DNA of 64,000 bases from Lachnospiraceae bacterium (GCA_045627205.1 JAZQNG010000064.1:2573-66572), one strand, 5' to 3'; counted from the stretch's first letter, positions 22,299 to 32,603 are shown. Numbers and translations: made by a program. Notes: a model not told the origin generated them from the sequence alone.

Positions 22299-24794
22299 AT
22301 GAAGAGAATTGTTTGCGAAATCTGTGATGGTATGGAATTTACCAAGGTTGACGGCATGTTTGAGTGTGCAACATGTATGACCAGGTATTCCGCAGCAGAA
22401 ACAAGAAAATTGTTGAGGGAGATTGGACCTGACGGTACAGTCGCAGCATCTTCAGCAGCTCCTGCAGAAGTAACTCCCACTGAATCAACAAAGGCACCTG
22501 CGGCAGAGGCACCGGCGGCAAAACCTTCGGTAGAAGAAAAGGCTGAAGAAATACCCGCAGCTGTTGAGCCTGTGGCAGAGGATACAGTTGAGGAGGCGTC
22601 TGCAGCAGAGGAAATTGCAGAAGAAATCATTGAAGTGGGAGAGCCTATAGCAGAAGCGGCAGTTGAGGAAATACCTGCAGCAGAGGAAATTGCAGAAGAA
22701 ATCATTGAAGTGGGAGAGCCCATAGCAGAAGCGGCAGTTGAGGAAATACCTGCAGCAGAGGAAACAGAAGATTTTTTTGAAAATAAATCATCTTCATTGG
22801 GTGAAACAGCGGAAGACTTCCTTAACGAGATGGTAGCGGAGTCCTATAACGAGATGTCTTCGGGTTCATGGAATGATATGGCTCCTGTATATCTGAATGA
22901 ACTGACCTCTGGATCGGATGAGGGTGACAGTGAAGAAGATGACGAGCTGGAGCTGAAAGAAATCGGCAGTGAAGACAGTAGCGAAGAAGTCTTTGCTGGA
23001 AACAAAGATTTCGAAGAACTTACAGAACTCTCTGAAAGTACAGAGGAAGCAATCGAGGAAGTAGAAGAAGCGGTTGAAGCCGAAGTCGAAGAGGCAGAGG
23101 AAGCAATCGAGGAAGTAGAAGAAGCAGTTGAAGCTGAAGCAGAAAAAGCAGAGGAAGTAGCCGAGGCAGCAGAGGAAGCAATCGAGGAAGTAGAGGAAGC
23201 GGTTGAAGCTGAAGCAGAAAAAGCAGAGGAAGCAATCGAGGAAGTAGGAGAAGCAGTTGAAACCAAAGCTGAAGAGGCCGAGGAAGCAGCCGAGGCAATA
23301 GAAGAAGCGGCTGAAGCCAAAGCAGAAGAGGCAGAGGAAGCAGTCGAGGCAGCAGAAGAAACGGTTGAAGCTGAAGCAGAAAAAGCAGAAGAAGCAACCA
23401 AGGCAACAGAGAGTGCAGAAGCTCCTGCAGCGGCCGAGGAGCCCAAAAAGAAGGCAAAAGCCAAGAAAGACCCCGCTCGTCCTTCTAATCCTCAGGTTGA
23501 GAACATTATGATGCTTGCGGCAATGTCTTTCGATACAGGAAGTCTTGCAGAGACTGAAAACTATTGTGATCAGGCATTATCAATCGATAATGAATTTTAT
23601 AAATCCTGGTTCCTTAAGGGCAGAAGCATCTGCGGTCAGAGAACTGCCGATACCCAGCGTATAGCTATTGCGGCGTACTCACTCTGCAAAGCCGTTGATG
23701 TGGCTCCCGATGATGAAAAAGCCGATATAATCGGGGTATCGGTTAACGAACTTGCAGAAATGGGTCTGGGACTTATTTCAGTCAAGAAGCGCGGATTTGT
23801 TAAGAGACCCGGACGGGAAGAACTCAACGGACTTCTCCACGCAAGAGAAGAAGTACTGAAGTCACTGACGATTCTTTTATCAAGAGGCGGAGTTGACACG
23901 GTTCCTGAAGATTATGTTGCGGGAATAACGGAAATTATGGACAAGGCGGCAGATGAAGCCTTTGAAATGACCAACAAAACCTGGGCAGCAATCGAACATC
24001 CCGGTAAGGATGCCTTTGTAAACTACATAGATTGGCTTAGCAATATTGATACCTTACTCCGACAGTCCATAGCATCCGGAAAAGGCGACGGAGAAATGGA
24101 TGTATGGAGATATGAGAAGCTGAGAGAAGTTCTTCAGGCTCCACTGGACAAGTGTTCGTGGAAGAAAGAGACAAAAGCCCTGACCGGCAATTTCAGATGG
24201 GTTAAGGACATTTCTCTTACAGAAGACGCTGTAGCGGGAAGAAATAATGAGATTGCCAAGTGTGATGAAATCATTGCATCAATCCGCGGCGGTTTGACGG
24301 AGCAGCAGGCTATCAAGGACAAAGAGGAAGAAGAAAAAACTCAGGCAGAACTCGAAATGTATTGGGAGAATCATCCGGAGGAGAGACAGCTGCTTGAGGA
24401 CGAGCTTAAGTCACTCTTTGAAGAAAAAGAAAATATAAACACCGAGATTAACCGTATAAACGATGAACTGAAAGAATTTAACAAGGAAGACAGTTCGAAA
24501 TACGACGAAAAGAAAAAGGTTGTAACAAAGATCAGAGACCTCAGAGTTCAGCTTTCAAAGTATGGCATATTTGCAGGAAAGGAAAAGAGAGCAATCGAGG
24601 AGCAGCTTGAGAAGGAGTCAAAGACTCTTGCCGAAATAGAAGAAGCCATAAATCTTGAAAATAAAGAAAAATGGGAAAATGCGGACAAGATGATTCCGGA
24701 GCTGAAGCAGCAGAAAGATGACCTGAGAGTTCAGCTGGCTGATATAAACAAGCGCATAAAGGAAGTAAACAAGTCCTTAAGCAAAGGCAAATAA
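22299..24794 (+). CDS. hypothetical 831-aa protein: N-terminal zinc ribbon, ~380-aa Glu/Ala-rich acidic repeat region, TPR-like helical domain, C-terminal coiled coil
   Basis: C-x2-C...C-x2-C at residues 6-27 (CEICDG...CATC). EEAIEEVEEAVEAEAEKAEE-type repeats. A TPR-like segment (ENYCDQALSIDNEFYKSWFLKGRS). A Lys/Glu heptad-rich tail. GGGGG RBS. Confidence 0.7.
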   Translation: MKRIVCEICDGMEFTKVDGMFECATCMTRYSAAETRKLLREIGPDGTVAASSAAPAEVTPTESTKAPAAEAPAAKPSVEEKAEEIPAAVEPVAEDTVEEASAAEEIAEEIIEVGEPIAEAAVEEIPAAEEIAEEIIEVGEPIAEAAVEEIPAAEETEDFFENKSSSLGETAEDFLNEMVAESYNEMSSGSWNDMAPVYLNELTSGSDEGDSEEDDELELKEIGSEDSSEEVFAGNKDFEELTELSESTEEAIEEVEEAVEAEVEEAEEAIEEVEEAVEAEAEKAEEVAEAAEEAIEEVEEAVEAEAEKAEEAIEEVGEAVETKAEEAEEAAEAIEEAAEAKAEEAEEAVEAAEETVEAEAEKAEEATKATESAEAPAAAEEPKKKAKAKKDPARPSNPQVENIMMLAAMSFDTGSLAETENYCDQALSIDNEFYKSWFLKGRSICGQRTADTQRIAIAAYSLCKAVDVAPDDEKADIIGVSVNELAEMGLGLISVKKRGFVKRPGREELNGLLHAREEVLKSLTILLSRGGVDTVPEDYVAGITEIMDKAADEAFEMTNKTWAAIEHPGKDAFVNYIDWLSNIDTLLRQSIASGKGDGEMDVWRYEKLREVLQAPLDKCSWKKETKALTGNFRWVKDISLTEDAVAGRNNEIAKCDEIIASIRGGLTEQQAIKDKEEEEKTQAELEMYWENHPEERQLLEDELKSLFEEKENINTEINRINDELKEFNKEDSSKYDEKKKVVTKIRDLRVQLSKYGIFAGKEKRAIEEQLEKESKTLAEIEEAINLENKEKWENADKMIPELKQQKDDLRVQLADINKRIKEVNKSLSKGK
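22602..22760 (+). repeat. 75-bp in-frame tandem duplication (near identical, x2 plus a partial copy)
   Basis: GCAGCAGAGGAAATTGCAGAAGAAATCATTGAAGTGGGAGAGCC(T/C)ATAGCAGAAGCGGCAGTTGAGGAAATACCT starts at 22602 and 22677, with one mismatch. Confidence 0.85.
23043..23400 (+). repeat. 54-bp in-frame tandem repeats encoding EEAIEEVEEAVEAEAEKA units, with degenerate flanks
   Basis: GAGGAAGCAATCGAGGAAGTAG... starts at 23043, 23097, 23172 and 23226. Diverged copies continue to about 23400. Confidence 0.8.
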
Positions 24795-24868
24795 GCTAAC
24801 TTAATAAAAAATTACGGTACCCACTGCCGAAAGGCGGTGGGTATTATTAAAGAGGGGAGAAATATTTC

Positions 24869-25522
24869 ATGGATAAATTCGAAATTAAAAAAGAACAGAT
24901 AAAGACTCTCTGCGAAACCAAATTTTTGAAAATGTACGATATTCAGTACAAAGAGGGTAAACACTATTACAATGCAACCAGAAGAAACGTTGAGGATATC
25001 GTGGCGGTTAAGTCCTGTGAGGAATTTCAGAACATGCTTCCGGATGCTGTGACAATAGCGGTGGTAGTCAGACTTCCTGAAAAAGAACCCAGTCTACTAC
25101 TGTCGTATGAATACAGATATCCTGTAAGCCAGTTCCTTTTAAGCCCTGTGGCAGGACTTATAGACGAAGAAGACCGGCTTGAAAGCAATCCGCTTATTTC
25201 GGCTGCAAGGCGTGAGATAAAGGAAGAATGCGGACTTACCGTAAAGGATACGGACAAAATTTATGTTATCAATCCCTGCGCATTTTCGTCACCGGGCATG
25301 ACCGATGAAAGCAATGCTTTTTTATGTGCCGAAATTACGGTTGATAATCTTTCGGAACTGAATCAGAACGGTGCAGTAGGAGGGGAAGTTTTTGACGGTT
25401 TTGAATTAATAGGTATTGAAGAGGCAAAAGAACTTTTTTTCAAAGGAAGAGACAAAAACGGAAACTTTTTTTCACTGGCAACATGGGCCGTTTTAGGCTT
25501 CTTTATGGGCTTTGAGAGGTGA
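24869..25522 (+). CDS. NUDIX hydrolase (ADP-ribose pyrophosphatase-like)
   Basis: Nudix box is GLIDEEDRLESNPLISAARREIKEECGL (G-x5-E-x7-REUxEExGU pattern). Confidence 0.85.
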   Translation: MDKFEIKKEQIKTLCETKFLKMYDIQYKEGKHYYNATRRNVEDIVAVKSCEEFQNMLPDAVTIAVVVRLPEKEPSLLLSYEYRYPVSQFLLSPVAGLIDEEDRLESNPLISAARREIKEECGLTVKDTDKIYVINPCAFSSPGMTDESNAFLCAEITVDNLSELNQNGAVGGEVFDGFELIGIEEAKELFFKGRDKNGNFFSLATWAVLGFFMGFER

Positions 25523-25699
25523 TGGAGTTATTCGATTTACATTCAGTGTTTATGCCTTTTGTGCAAAATGACAATAAGAAATTGCTGCCTGTTGGTTAAT
25601 TAGTGCTTTTTTTTATAGCTAAATGGATAATTTTGCCAAATTAGGTCAAATTTGTCCTACTTATCTCTAAATCCTTTGTTTATTATGCACAAAAAGATA

Positions 25700-25728
25700 T
25701 TGACAAAAAAATTACAACACATTATAAT
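25700..25728 (+). promoter_or_regulatory. consensus sigma-70 promoter of the ABC operon
   Basis: TTGACA (25700-25705), 17-nt spacer, TATAAT (25723-25728). Confidence 0.65.
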
Positions 25729-25799
25729 GCAGTTATAAGTTCGCGCGATAAAGGTGCGTTCTTAAAAAAAATTTTTCTTTTTTATAAGAGGAGGGTCTT

Positions 25800-27227
25800 A
25801 TGAAACGTTTAGTCGCAGTTTTATTATGTCTCGTTCTCGCAGTTAGCTGTTTAACAGCCTGCGGTGGAGACGACAACGGCGGAAGCACATCAGGCAATGG
25901 TGATACACCTGCTACCTCAGGTAAGAAGGTTACCATCAATCTCTACTCATTCACAGATGAGATTCCTAACATGGTAAAGAGATACATCACTCTCAATCCT
26001 GATTGCGGTTTTGAAGTTAAGGACACTATCATTCCTACTACCAATGGTGAGTATCAGCCTGCTCTTGATGCAGCACTTCAGGCAGGTGGATCAGAAGCTC
26101 CTGACCTTTATGCAGCAGAGGCAGCATTCGTTCTTAAGTATACACAGGGCGAGGCTTCAAGCATGGCAGCTACTTACAAGGATCTTGGCATTGATATCGA
26201 CAACAGGATTTCAAGCTCACAGATCGCTAAGTACGCTTATGAAATCGGTACACGTCCTTCAGACGGTGCTGTAGTTGCTCTTCCTTACCAGGCTACCGGT
26301 GGATGCTACATCTATCGTCGTTCAATCGCTAAGGCTGTTTGGGGAACAGATGAGCCCGCTACCATCCAGGAGAAGATCGGTGGTGCTACAGGAACATGGG
26401 ATAAGTTCTGGACAGCAGCTGAAGAGTTAAAGGCTAAGGGATACGTTATCATGTCTGGTGACGGTGATATCTAGCACGCAATCGAGAACAGCTCAGATAA
26501 GGGCTGGATCGTTGACGGCAAGCTTTACATCGATCCCAAGCGTGAGGAATTCCTTGACATCTCTAAGATGTTAACAGATAAGGGATATTCAAATATCACA
26601 ACTGACTGGTCAACAGAGTGGCAGAATGACATGAAGGGTGATTCAAAGGTATTTGGTTTCTTTGGTCCCGCATGGCTTATCAACTACACCCTCGCTCCTA
26701 ACTCAGGTTCATATGAGGAGCAGGAAGATGGTTCACAGAAGTTCCTTGGTTACTTCAAGGATGGCATCGGATCAGCTGGTGACTGGGCAGTATGTAACTC
26801 TCCTGTAGGTTTCTCATGGGGCGGAACATATCTCCTTGCTAACAAGAACATTCCTGAGGAGAAGAAGGCAGCAGCTAAGAAGATCATCGAGTGGATCACT
26901 CTTGATACAGACGAGAACAGCTTACAGTACAAGTGGGCTAACGGCACACTTTACGATGAGGCTGGTACAAAGGATACCGTTTCTTCAGGTGTTGTAATGA
27001 GCAACTCTAACGGTGCTCTTGACTTCCTTGGCGGACAGAACATGTTCGATTATTTCGTACCTGCTAACCAGAAGGCTACAGGTAAGAACCTTACTCCTTA
27101 CGATGAGAAGATTAACTCATTCTATCGTGATCAGGTTAGAGCTTATGCAGCTGGCACAATTACAAGAGATGAGGCTCTTGCTAATTTCAAGGCTAACGTA
27201 AAGAACGAGCTTGAAATTACAGAATAA
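25800..27227 (+). pseudogene. sugar ABC transporter substrate-binding lipoprotein interrupted by one in-frame TAG (26472-26474)
   Basis: ORFs 25800-26474 and 26568-27227 are in the same frame (offset 768 = 256 codons), and the stretch between them has no other stop. Lipobox is LTAC. Read through, it gives SGDGDI*HAIENSSDKGWIVDG; a Trp codon (TGG) is one transition away from the TAG. Confidence 0.75.
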
Positions 27228-27319
27228 TCTTTGATAGAGTAAATATTTAAGATTACCTAATCATAGGGCGGACGGACAGACCGTCTGCCCTATTTTTGTG
27301 GTTTTGGAGGAGTGGTGTT

Positions 27320-28318
27320 ATGGAAAAGAAGAAACGCGTCAGTTACGCAAAATACGGCTATTTCTTTGTCATCCCCTTTGTATTGGCATTCGCTATCTGT
27401 ATGCTGTATCCTATCATCTATACGATCATAATCAGCTTTACAGATATGCAGGGCGCCTTCGCCACTGAGTGGCATTTCCTTGGCGGAGATGATGGGGGTA
27501 TATTTGCCAATTACAAGTATCTGATTCAGGAAAACGACATGTTTTTAACTGCGGTAAAAAATACATTCAAAATCTGGATTCTTAACTTTATTCCGCAGAT
27601 TTTGCTTGCTTTATTGCTTGCAGCATGGTTTACTAACAACTCACTAAAGGTTAAAGGACAGGGATTCTTTAAGTTTGTATTCTATCTGCCGAATATTATG
27701 ACAGCATCTACAATAGCAATCCTTTTCCATGCCTTGTTCCTTAATTCGGCTAACGGCCCTGTAAATGCTATACTCCTCGATCTTGGAATCATAGATAAAT
27801 ATGTTGACTGGGATATTCAGGGTGGAGCTGTTCAGCTTATTATTGCATTTATTCAGTTCTGGATATGGTATGGAAATACTATGATTGTCCTTATTGCCGG
27901 TATTCTCGGTATAAGCCCTGAACTGTATGAGGCTGCTTCAATTGACGGAGCTACAGGAACACAGCAGTTCTTCCGCATTACATTACCTAATTTGAAAACT
28001 ATTCTGCTTTACACACTTGTAACCTCTATGGTCGGTGGTCTGCAGATGTTCGATATACCTAAGGTTTATCTTGACGGACGTCCCAATAATGCTTCACTTA
28101 CTACCAGTGTTTTCATTCAGAAGCTTGCATTCGAAGGAAAGAACAGATATCAGGTTGCATCAGCTGCAAGTATGATTATGTTTGCTATTATCTGTGTTAT
28201 CTCGGCATTCATGTTCTTCCTTATGAGAGATAAGGACGAGGAAGCTTTGTACAAGATGAATAAGAAGAAAGAAAAAGAGTTTAAGAAAAAGCTTAAAGAG
28301 CAGGGAGGTGCAATCTGA
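27320..28318 (+). CDS. carbohydrate ABC transporter permease (MalF-type)
   Basis: Start ATG 27320 follows GGAGG. Six TM helices and an EAA loop (LYEAASIDGATGTQQFFRITLP). Confidence 0.9.
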   Translation: MEKKKRVSYAKYGYFFVIPFVLAFAICMLYPIIYTIIISFTDMQGAFATEWHFLGGDDGGIFANYKYLIQENDMFLTAVKNTFKIWILNFIPQILLALLLAAWFTNNSLKVKGQGFFKFVFYLPNIMTASTIAILFHALFLNSANGPVNAILLDLGIIDKYVDWDIQGGAVQLIIAFIQFWIWYGNTMIVLIAGILGISPELYEAASIDGATGTQQFFRITLPNLKTILLYTLVTSMVGGLQMFDIPKVYLDGRPNNASLTTSVFIQKLAFEGKNRYQVASAASMIMFAIICVISAFMFFLMRDKDEEALYKMNKKKEKEFKKKLKEQGGAI

Positions 28319-29202
28319 TGAGTAAGAATAAGTATTTAGCACCTGAGGATGCTACCCAGAAGAAAGGATATTTCAAACCTATAAAGATAGTAATCTATGT
28401 GGTTTGCATTTTTCTTTCAATTTTGAGCTTATATCCCTTTATTGTAATGATTGTCAATGCTACACGTGAGAACATTGCCATTCAGAATCATCCTCTTTAT
28501 ACTATTCCCGATACCTATTTATTCAAGAACTTTAGGTATGTAAATACCAAGTTCGGAGATTTCAAACCTTGGAGAGGATTTGTTAACTCACTTATCATTT
28601 CGGGCAGTTCGACAATTTTAGCTCTTTACTTCTCAACACTTACTGCTTATGCGGTAGTTGTTTACGACTGGAAACTGAATCATGCTTTCTTTACTTTCGT
28701 TCTTGCAGTTATGATGATTCCCGGTCAGGTTGTTTCAATCGGATTCTATAAGATGGTATTCAACGTTGGTCTTGCCAACAATTATCTGCCTCTGATTATT
28801 CCTTCGATTGCTGCTCCTTCAACGGTATTCTTCATGAGACAGTACATGATTCCTTCACTGTCAAAAGAAATTATTCAGGCGGCCCGAATAGACGGTGCCA
28901 GAGAGTTCCGAATATTTAATACGATAGCATTGCCTATTATGAAGCCGGCTTTGGCTACACAGGGTATTTTCGCATTCGTTACATCATGGAACTCACTGTT
29001 CATGCCTTCAATCCTCCTGAGAGACAAGTTAAAGTACACAATGCCTCAGATGGCCAGTCTTCTGGTTGGAGACTCATATAAGCAGGACTGGGGTGCGATT
29101 TACCTTTCACTGGGACTTACAGTTCTTCCCATCCTTATAGTATATCTGCTTTTATCCAGATACATTATTGCGGGTGTTGCTCTTGGTTCGGTAAAGGGTT
29201 GA
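28318..29202 (+). CDS. carbohydrate ABC transporter permease (MalG-type)
   Basis: TGATG overlap with the upstream gene. EAA loop is IIQAARIDGAREFRIFNTIALP. Six TM helices. Confidence 0.9.
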   Translation: MSKNKYLAPEDATQKKGYFKPIKIVIYVVCIFLSILSLYPFIVMIVNATRENIAIQNHPLYTIPDTYLFKNFRYVNTKFGDFKPWRGFVNSLIISGSSTILALYFSTLTAYAVVVYDWKLNHAFFTFVLAVMMIPGQVVSIGFYKMVFNVGLANNYLPLIIPSIAAPSTVFFMRQYMIPSLSKEIIQAARIDGAREFRIFNTIALPIMKPALATQGIFAFVTSWNSLFMPSILLRDKLKYTMPQMASLLVGDSYKQDWGAIYLSLGLTVLPILIVYLLLSRYIIAGVALGSVKG

Positions 29203-29246
29203 TTGACTTAAGAATGAGTTTTGTACAGATTGTAAATAGTAATAAT

Positions 29247-29285
29247 GAAAAAGGATTCGGTTAGGCCGAATCCTTTTTTATTTTT
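29247..29285. terminator. bidirectional rho-independent terminator
   Basis: AAAAGGATTCGG-TTAGG-CCGAATCCTTTT (29249-29277) is flanked by an A-run and a T-run. It sits between the convergent permease and MCP genes. Confidence 0.75.
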
Positions 29286-29376
29286 GAATCATTTGTATTT
29301 TGAGTGGTTTGCTTATAGCATCATTTGTATTTTGAAAGCGTGGTCTGTCTTTATTGAGTTCTTCATAAAAACATTT

Positions 29377-31479
29377 TTACAGAACAAAGTGATTTACATT
29401 ATCCTGAAGGACCGTGGTCTTTTCCTGGAGGTCGTTGGCATTAATGGCAAACTGTTCTACAGTGTCAAGCTGAGACTGTATCGATTCTCTGAGATTAGCT
29501 GCAGAAGCAGCAATTTCTGCGGATACGGCAGCTATATTGGAAATGGAATCCGATACAACCTGTTTATTGGAAGCCATGTTATTAAGGCTTGAAGCGATAT
29601 AGTTAAGCTGAAGTACCATTTCGTCGATACAGCCGTTAATTGTTTCAAATACATTTGTGGTCTGGCGAAGCAGATCATTCTGAGTAATAACAAAGCTGTT
29701 GGTTTCTTTGACGGCATTGGAAGCTTTATTGGTACTTCCCGTTATATCATTAAGTATTAAATGAATCTGGTCGCCGGCACTGACTGAGGCTTCGGAAAGC
29801 TTTCTTATTTCTTCTGCTACTATTGCAAAACCCTGACCATTTTCACCGACTCTTGCTGCCTCTATGGAAGCATTCAGTGAAAGAAGATTTGTCTGGTCCG
29901 CTATTTCGTTGATTGTATTTAAGATTTCATGAATGCTGGAGACATTGTTAACTACGTCGTCAATGGTGATACCGAGACTGTGAATGATATCCGTGGTTTT
30001 AATATTCTGTTCATTCAGCCTGCTGATGGAATCGCGTCCTTCTGCGGTAACCTGAAGGGTTTTGTCGACGGTGGAATTAATCTGACCGGTACTTGTGGTG
30101 ATGGCGTCTATCTGGTTGGAAAGCGTGGACATCTCGGCGGCCGAAGTATCGGTGTCCGTAGCCTGAGTCTGAACAGCCAATACAACGGAGTCAAGAGATT
30201 CTTTGACAACTCTCATGGATTCGTAAAGGTGTACCGCCGAATCGGCTACGTCATTTGAAGAACTGTAGACATCGCTGCTGAATCCGTCGACATTCTTCAT
30301 TATATCGTGAATTCCGGTTACCGTCGTATTTAACGAGTTTGTCAGTTGTAGGAATTCGTCCTTGCGGTGGGTCTCAAAATGCTGTGTCAGATCGCCCTCT
30401 GCAACCTTTTTAAGCTTCAATTCCGAATCAATGATTGTTTCACTGATTCCTTTTGAAATAATAGTACCGATACCGAGAGCAATTATTGTCCCTATAATCA
30501 CAAAGAGGAGAGTAACATATCCTATTTTCGTCATTGAACCGGAGACGCTTTTTTGAGGAATCAGGGCTGCCAGTTTGAAATTACTGTCACCTAAATCGGA
30601 GCAGTAGAAGAGATAATCATTTCCATCGAGCTCTATCTCTGAGGTCCGGCTCATTAAATCCGGATTGCTGATAAAGTCATGCATCGTGACATTGAAGAAA
30701 TTTGATATATCGAGAAAAGAAACCTTTTCAGATTCATCGCCGTCCGAAATCTCGTTGACAGTAAGCTCTTCGTTATCATTCACCAGAATGGCAACTTTAC
30801 TTTCACTTCCAAGATTTGTCTGTTTGAGAATGTTATAAATTTCTTTACTTGAAATATCCACTACCACAACACCCAGGTCTTTTTGCATTGGAGTAATAAA
30901 GGAAAGCGAGTAAGAATTATCTCTGCCGTAGTATTTCTCATCTATGAAAGGATGGGAGGTTACCCAGGCGGTAGTCTGACCTTTTCGCAAGGCTTCGGTT
31001 TCGGGTTGCGATGCCATCAGCTCTCCTACATACTCGCTGGATACGGTAATCATTTCCTGCTCTTTTTTCCTGGATGAGAGCATCGGCTTACCTGAGCGCC
31101 CCAACAGATAATAATCGGAAACATAGCTGTTGGTTTTCATGAAACTTTCCATATCGGCAAAAACTCTGTTAAATGTTTCACGGGCTTCCGGATTTGTGTT
31201 ATAATCTTCTTTGGACAGGCTGAGGTAATATCGCTTCACATCACTTTGCACTGCTACGGCGCAGCTTTTGTTGCGAACGGAATCAAACATATATTCCAGA
31301 TACTGGTCGGTAGCATCCATTGTGCTTGTAATGCTCTGTTTCGTTTTATCGGTAATTTCCTGGGCCGCAAGTTTATAGGATACTATGCCGAGGATTACCA
31401 CCATAAAAACAGGGACTATAAACGCTGACATAAGTGTTGTTCGTATTCTTCTGTTGGTTCTGTGTTTATTCAGCTTCAT
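29377..31479 (-). CDS. methyl-accepting chemotaxis protein (extracellular Cache-like sensor, HAMP, MCP signalling domain)
   Basis: Two TM helices bracket a ~290-aa periplasmic domain. The conserved hairpin tip is [39 protein letters not shown]. Confidence 0.9.
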   Translation of the reverse strand: MKLNKHRTNRRIRTTLMSAFIVPVFMVVILGIVSYKLAAQEITDKTKQSITSTMDATDQYLEYMFDSVRNKSCAVAVQSDVKRYYLSLSKEDYNTNPEARETFNRVFADMESFMKTNSYVSDYYLLGRSGKPMLSSRKKEQEMITVSSEYVGELMASQPETEALRKGQTTAWVTSHPFIDEKYYGRDNSYSLSFITPMQKDLGVVVVDISSKEIYNILKQTNLGSESKVAILVNDNEELTVNEISDGDESEKVSFLDISNFFNVTMHDFISNPDLMSRTSEIELDGNDYLFYCSDLGDSNFKLAALIPQKSVSGSMTKIGYVTLLFVIIGTIIALGIGTIISKGISETIIDSELKLKKVAEGDLTQHFETHRKDEFLQLTNSLNTTVTGIHDIMKNVDGFSSDVYSSSNDVADSAVHLYESMRVVKESLDSVVLAVQTQATDTDTSAAEMSTLSNQIDAITTSTGQINSTVDKTLQVTAEGRDSISRLNEQNIKTTDIIHSLGITIDDVVNNVSSIHEILNTINEIADQTNLLSLNASIEAARVGENGQGFAIVAEEIRKLSEASVSAGDQIHLILNDITGSTNKASNAVKETNSFVITQNDLLRQTTNVFETINGCIDEMVLQLNYIASSLNNMASNKQVVSDSISNIAAVSAEIAASAANLRESIQSQLDTVEQFAINANDLQEKTTVLQDNVNHFVL

Positions 31480-31600
31480 AAATAATCGCTCCTAAAAGAA
31501 TGTATGAAAGATTTATGGTATTTGAAAATATAAACAGACAACTATATGCAATATAAGATATTTTACTATAATTTTACCCAAAAAACAAGATAAAGAACAG

Positions 31601-31694
31601 CTTTTTGGCGTGCATGTTTTTACACGCCGATTCCTTGCAGGCAAAGAAGAGCATACATTGACAAACAGCCTCTTTGGCGTGCATGATTTTTTGG
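31601..31694 (-). repeat. dispersed REP-like repeat family R, copy C (31601-31645) plus half copy (31669-31694), inverted orientation
   Basis: The reverse complement of 31601-31645 is CTTTGCCTGCAAGGAATCGGCGTGTAAAAACATGCACGCCAAAAAG. The reverse complement of 31669-31694 contains CATGCACGCCAAAGAGG. Confidence 0.65.
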
Positions 31695-31782
31695 ATAAAG
31701 GCAGATGGAAAAATAGAGCATATATGCGATATGAGCGCAAAAAAATTAAGCAGATTATGGTTAATAATGATTTGGAGGCAGT

Positions 31783-32403
31783 ATGAGATATTATATATCG
31801 GATCTTCATTTTTTTCATGGCGAGATGAATGAAAAAATGGACAAAAGAGGCTTTGAAAGCACCGAAGTCATGAACGAGTACATGATATCCCGGTGGAATT
31901 CGAAGGTGAAAAAACGGGATGAAGTAGTTATTATCGGTGATTTTAGCTTTGCAAAGGGTGAACAGACTAACGAAATCCTAAAGAGACTGAATGGGAAAAA
32001 GGCCTTAATTATAGGTAATCACGACCACTTCCTAAACGATAAGAAATTCGACAAAAGTCTTTTTGAATGGATAAACCATTACAGAATGGTAAGTGACAAC
32101 GGAAGACACGTAATAATGTGCCATTATCCGATTCTGTGCTATGAAGAGCAGTACAGGAGCACCGGAAATGGTTCGCCAAGGGCTTACATGCTTTACGGTC
32201 ATGTCCACGATACCTATGATGAAGTACTGGTAAATAACAGCATAAAATATGTCAGAAGCTGCAAACGTGAACTTGTAGGGTATGATGAACCTCAGAAAAT
32301 AAACTGTAATTTGATAAATACTTTTTGTAAATTCAGTGATTATACTCCTTTATCATTAGACGAATGGATAGAAAACGATGCCTTACGCAGACAAATGACA
32401 TAA
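31783..32403 (+). CDS. metallophosphoesterase family protein
   Basis: Motifs in order: SDLHFFH, GDFSF, GNHD, CHYP, GHVHD. GGAGG RBS. Confidence 0.75.
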   Translation: MRYYISDLHFFHGEMNEKMDKRGFESTEVMNEYMISRWNSKVKKRDEVVIIGDFSFAKGEQTNEILKRLNGKKALIIGNHDHFLNDKKFDKSLFEWINHYRMVSDNGRHVIMCHYPILCYEEQYRSTGNGSPRAYMLYGHVHDTYDEVLVNNSIKYVRSCKRELVGYDEPQKINCNLINTFCKFSDYTPLSLDEWIENDALRRQMT

Positions 32404-32408
32404 ATAAC

Positions 32409-32437
32409 TTGAAATTAACTGAAAAATCTGATATACT
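32409..32437 (+). promoter_or_regulatory. sigma-70-type promoter preceding a ~160-nt leader
   Basis: TTGAAA (32409-32414), 17-nt spacer, TATACT (32432-32437). Confidence 0.55.
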
Positions 32438-32603
32438 AATTCTGAGGTATTATTGAAATGCGACAGAGGTAGATTTAAGGAACGGTTTTAACAGACCGGA
32501 TGCTTTTGAAGGAAAAGGTTTCCATCAGCGAAAGGGTATCCGCTCGGACAGGAGAAGCGGAGTAGAGGCAAAGGGGCAACATCAGGTACAGGAGGTACGT
32601 GGT

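Noticed and set aside
22844-23464. 206-aa and 145-aa minus-strand ORFs (Ser/Ala-rich and Leu/Pro-rich)
   Set aside because: They are mirror-image frames of the GAA/GCA-rich acidic repeat. They lack start contexts and lie antisense to a long ORF that has an RBS.
26472-26474. TAG recoding (pyrrolysine or genetic-code reassignment) as the explanation for the in-frame stop
   Set aside because: TAG terminates at least three well-supported genes in this window (1276-1278, 13614-13616, 59460-59462). The gene is not a methylamine methyltransferase. No pyl genes are visible. A nonsense mutation or sequencing error is more parsimonious.
29245-29592. 115-aa + strand ORF
   Set aside because: It starts inside the bidirectional terminator and runs antisense into the 3' end of the MCP gene. 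There is no RBS.
31513-31818. 101-aa minus-strand ORF in the MCP/phosphoesterase intergenic region
   Set aside because: It spans the REP-like repeats and the start of the + strand phosphoesterase gene. There is no RBS, and the composition is odd.
32438-32603. c-di-GMP riboswitch (GEMM-I or GEMM-II) upstream of the EAL gene
   Set aside because: I could not find the conserved ACGCAAAGC / GGCAAACC-type cores. Only generic purine-rich segments are present. It is kept solely as an unclassified long leader.
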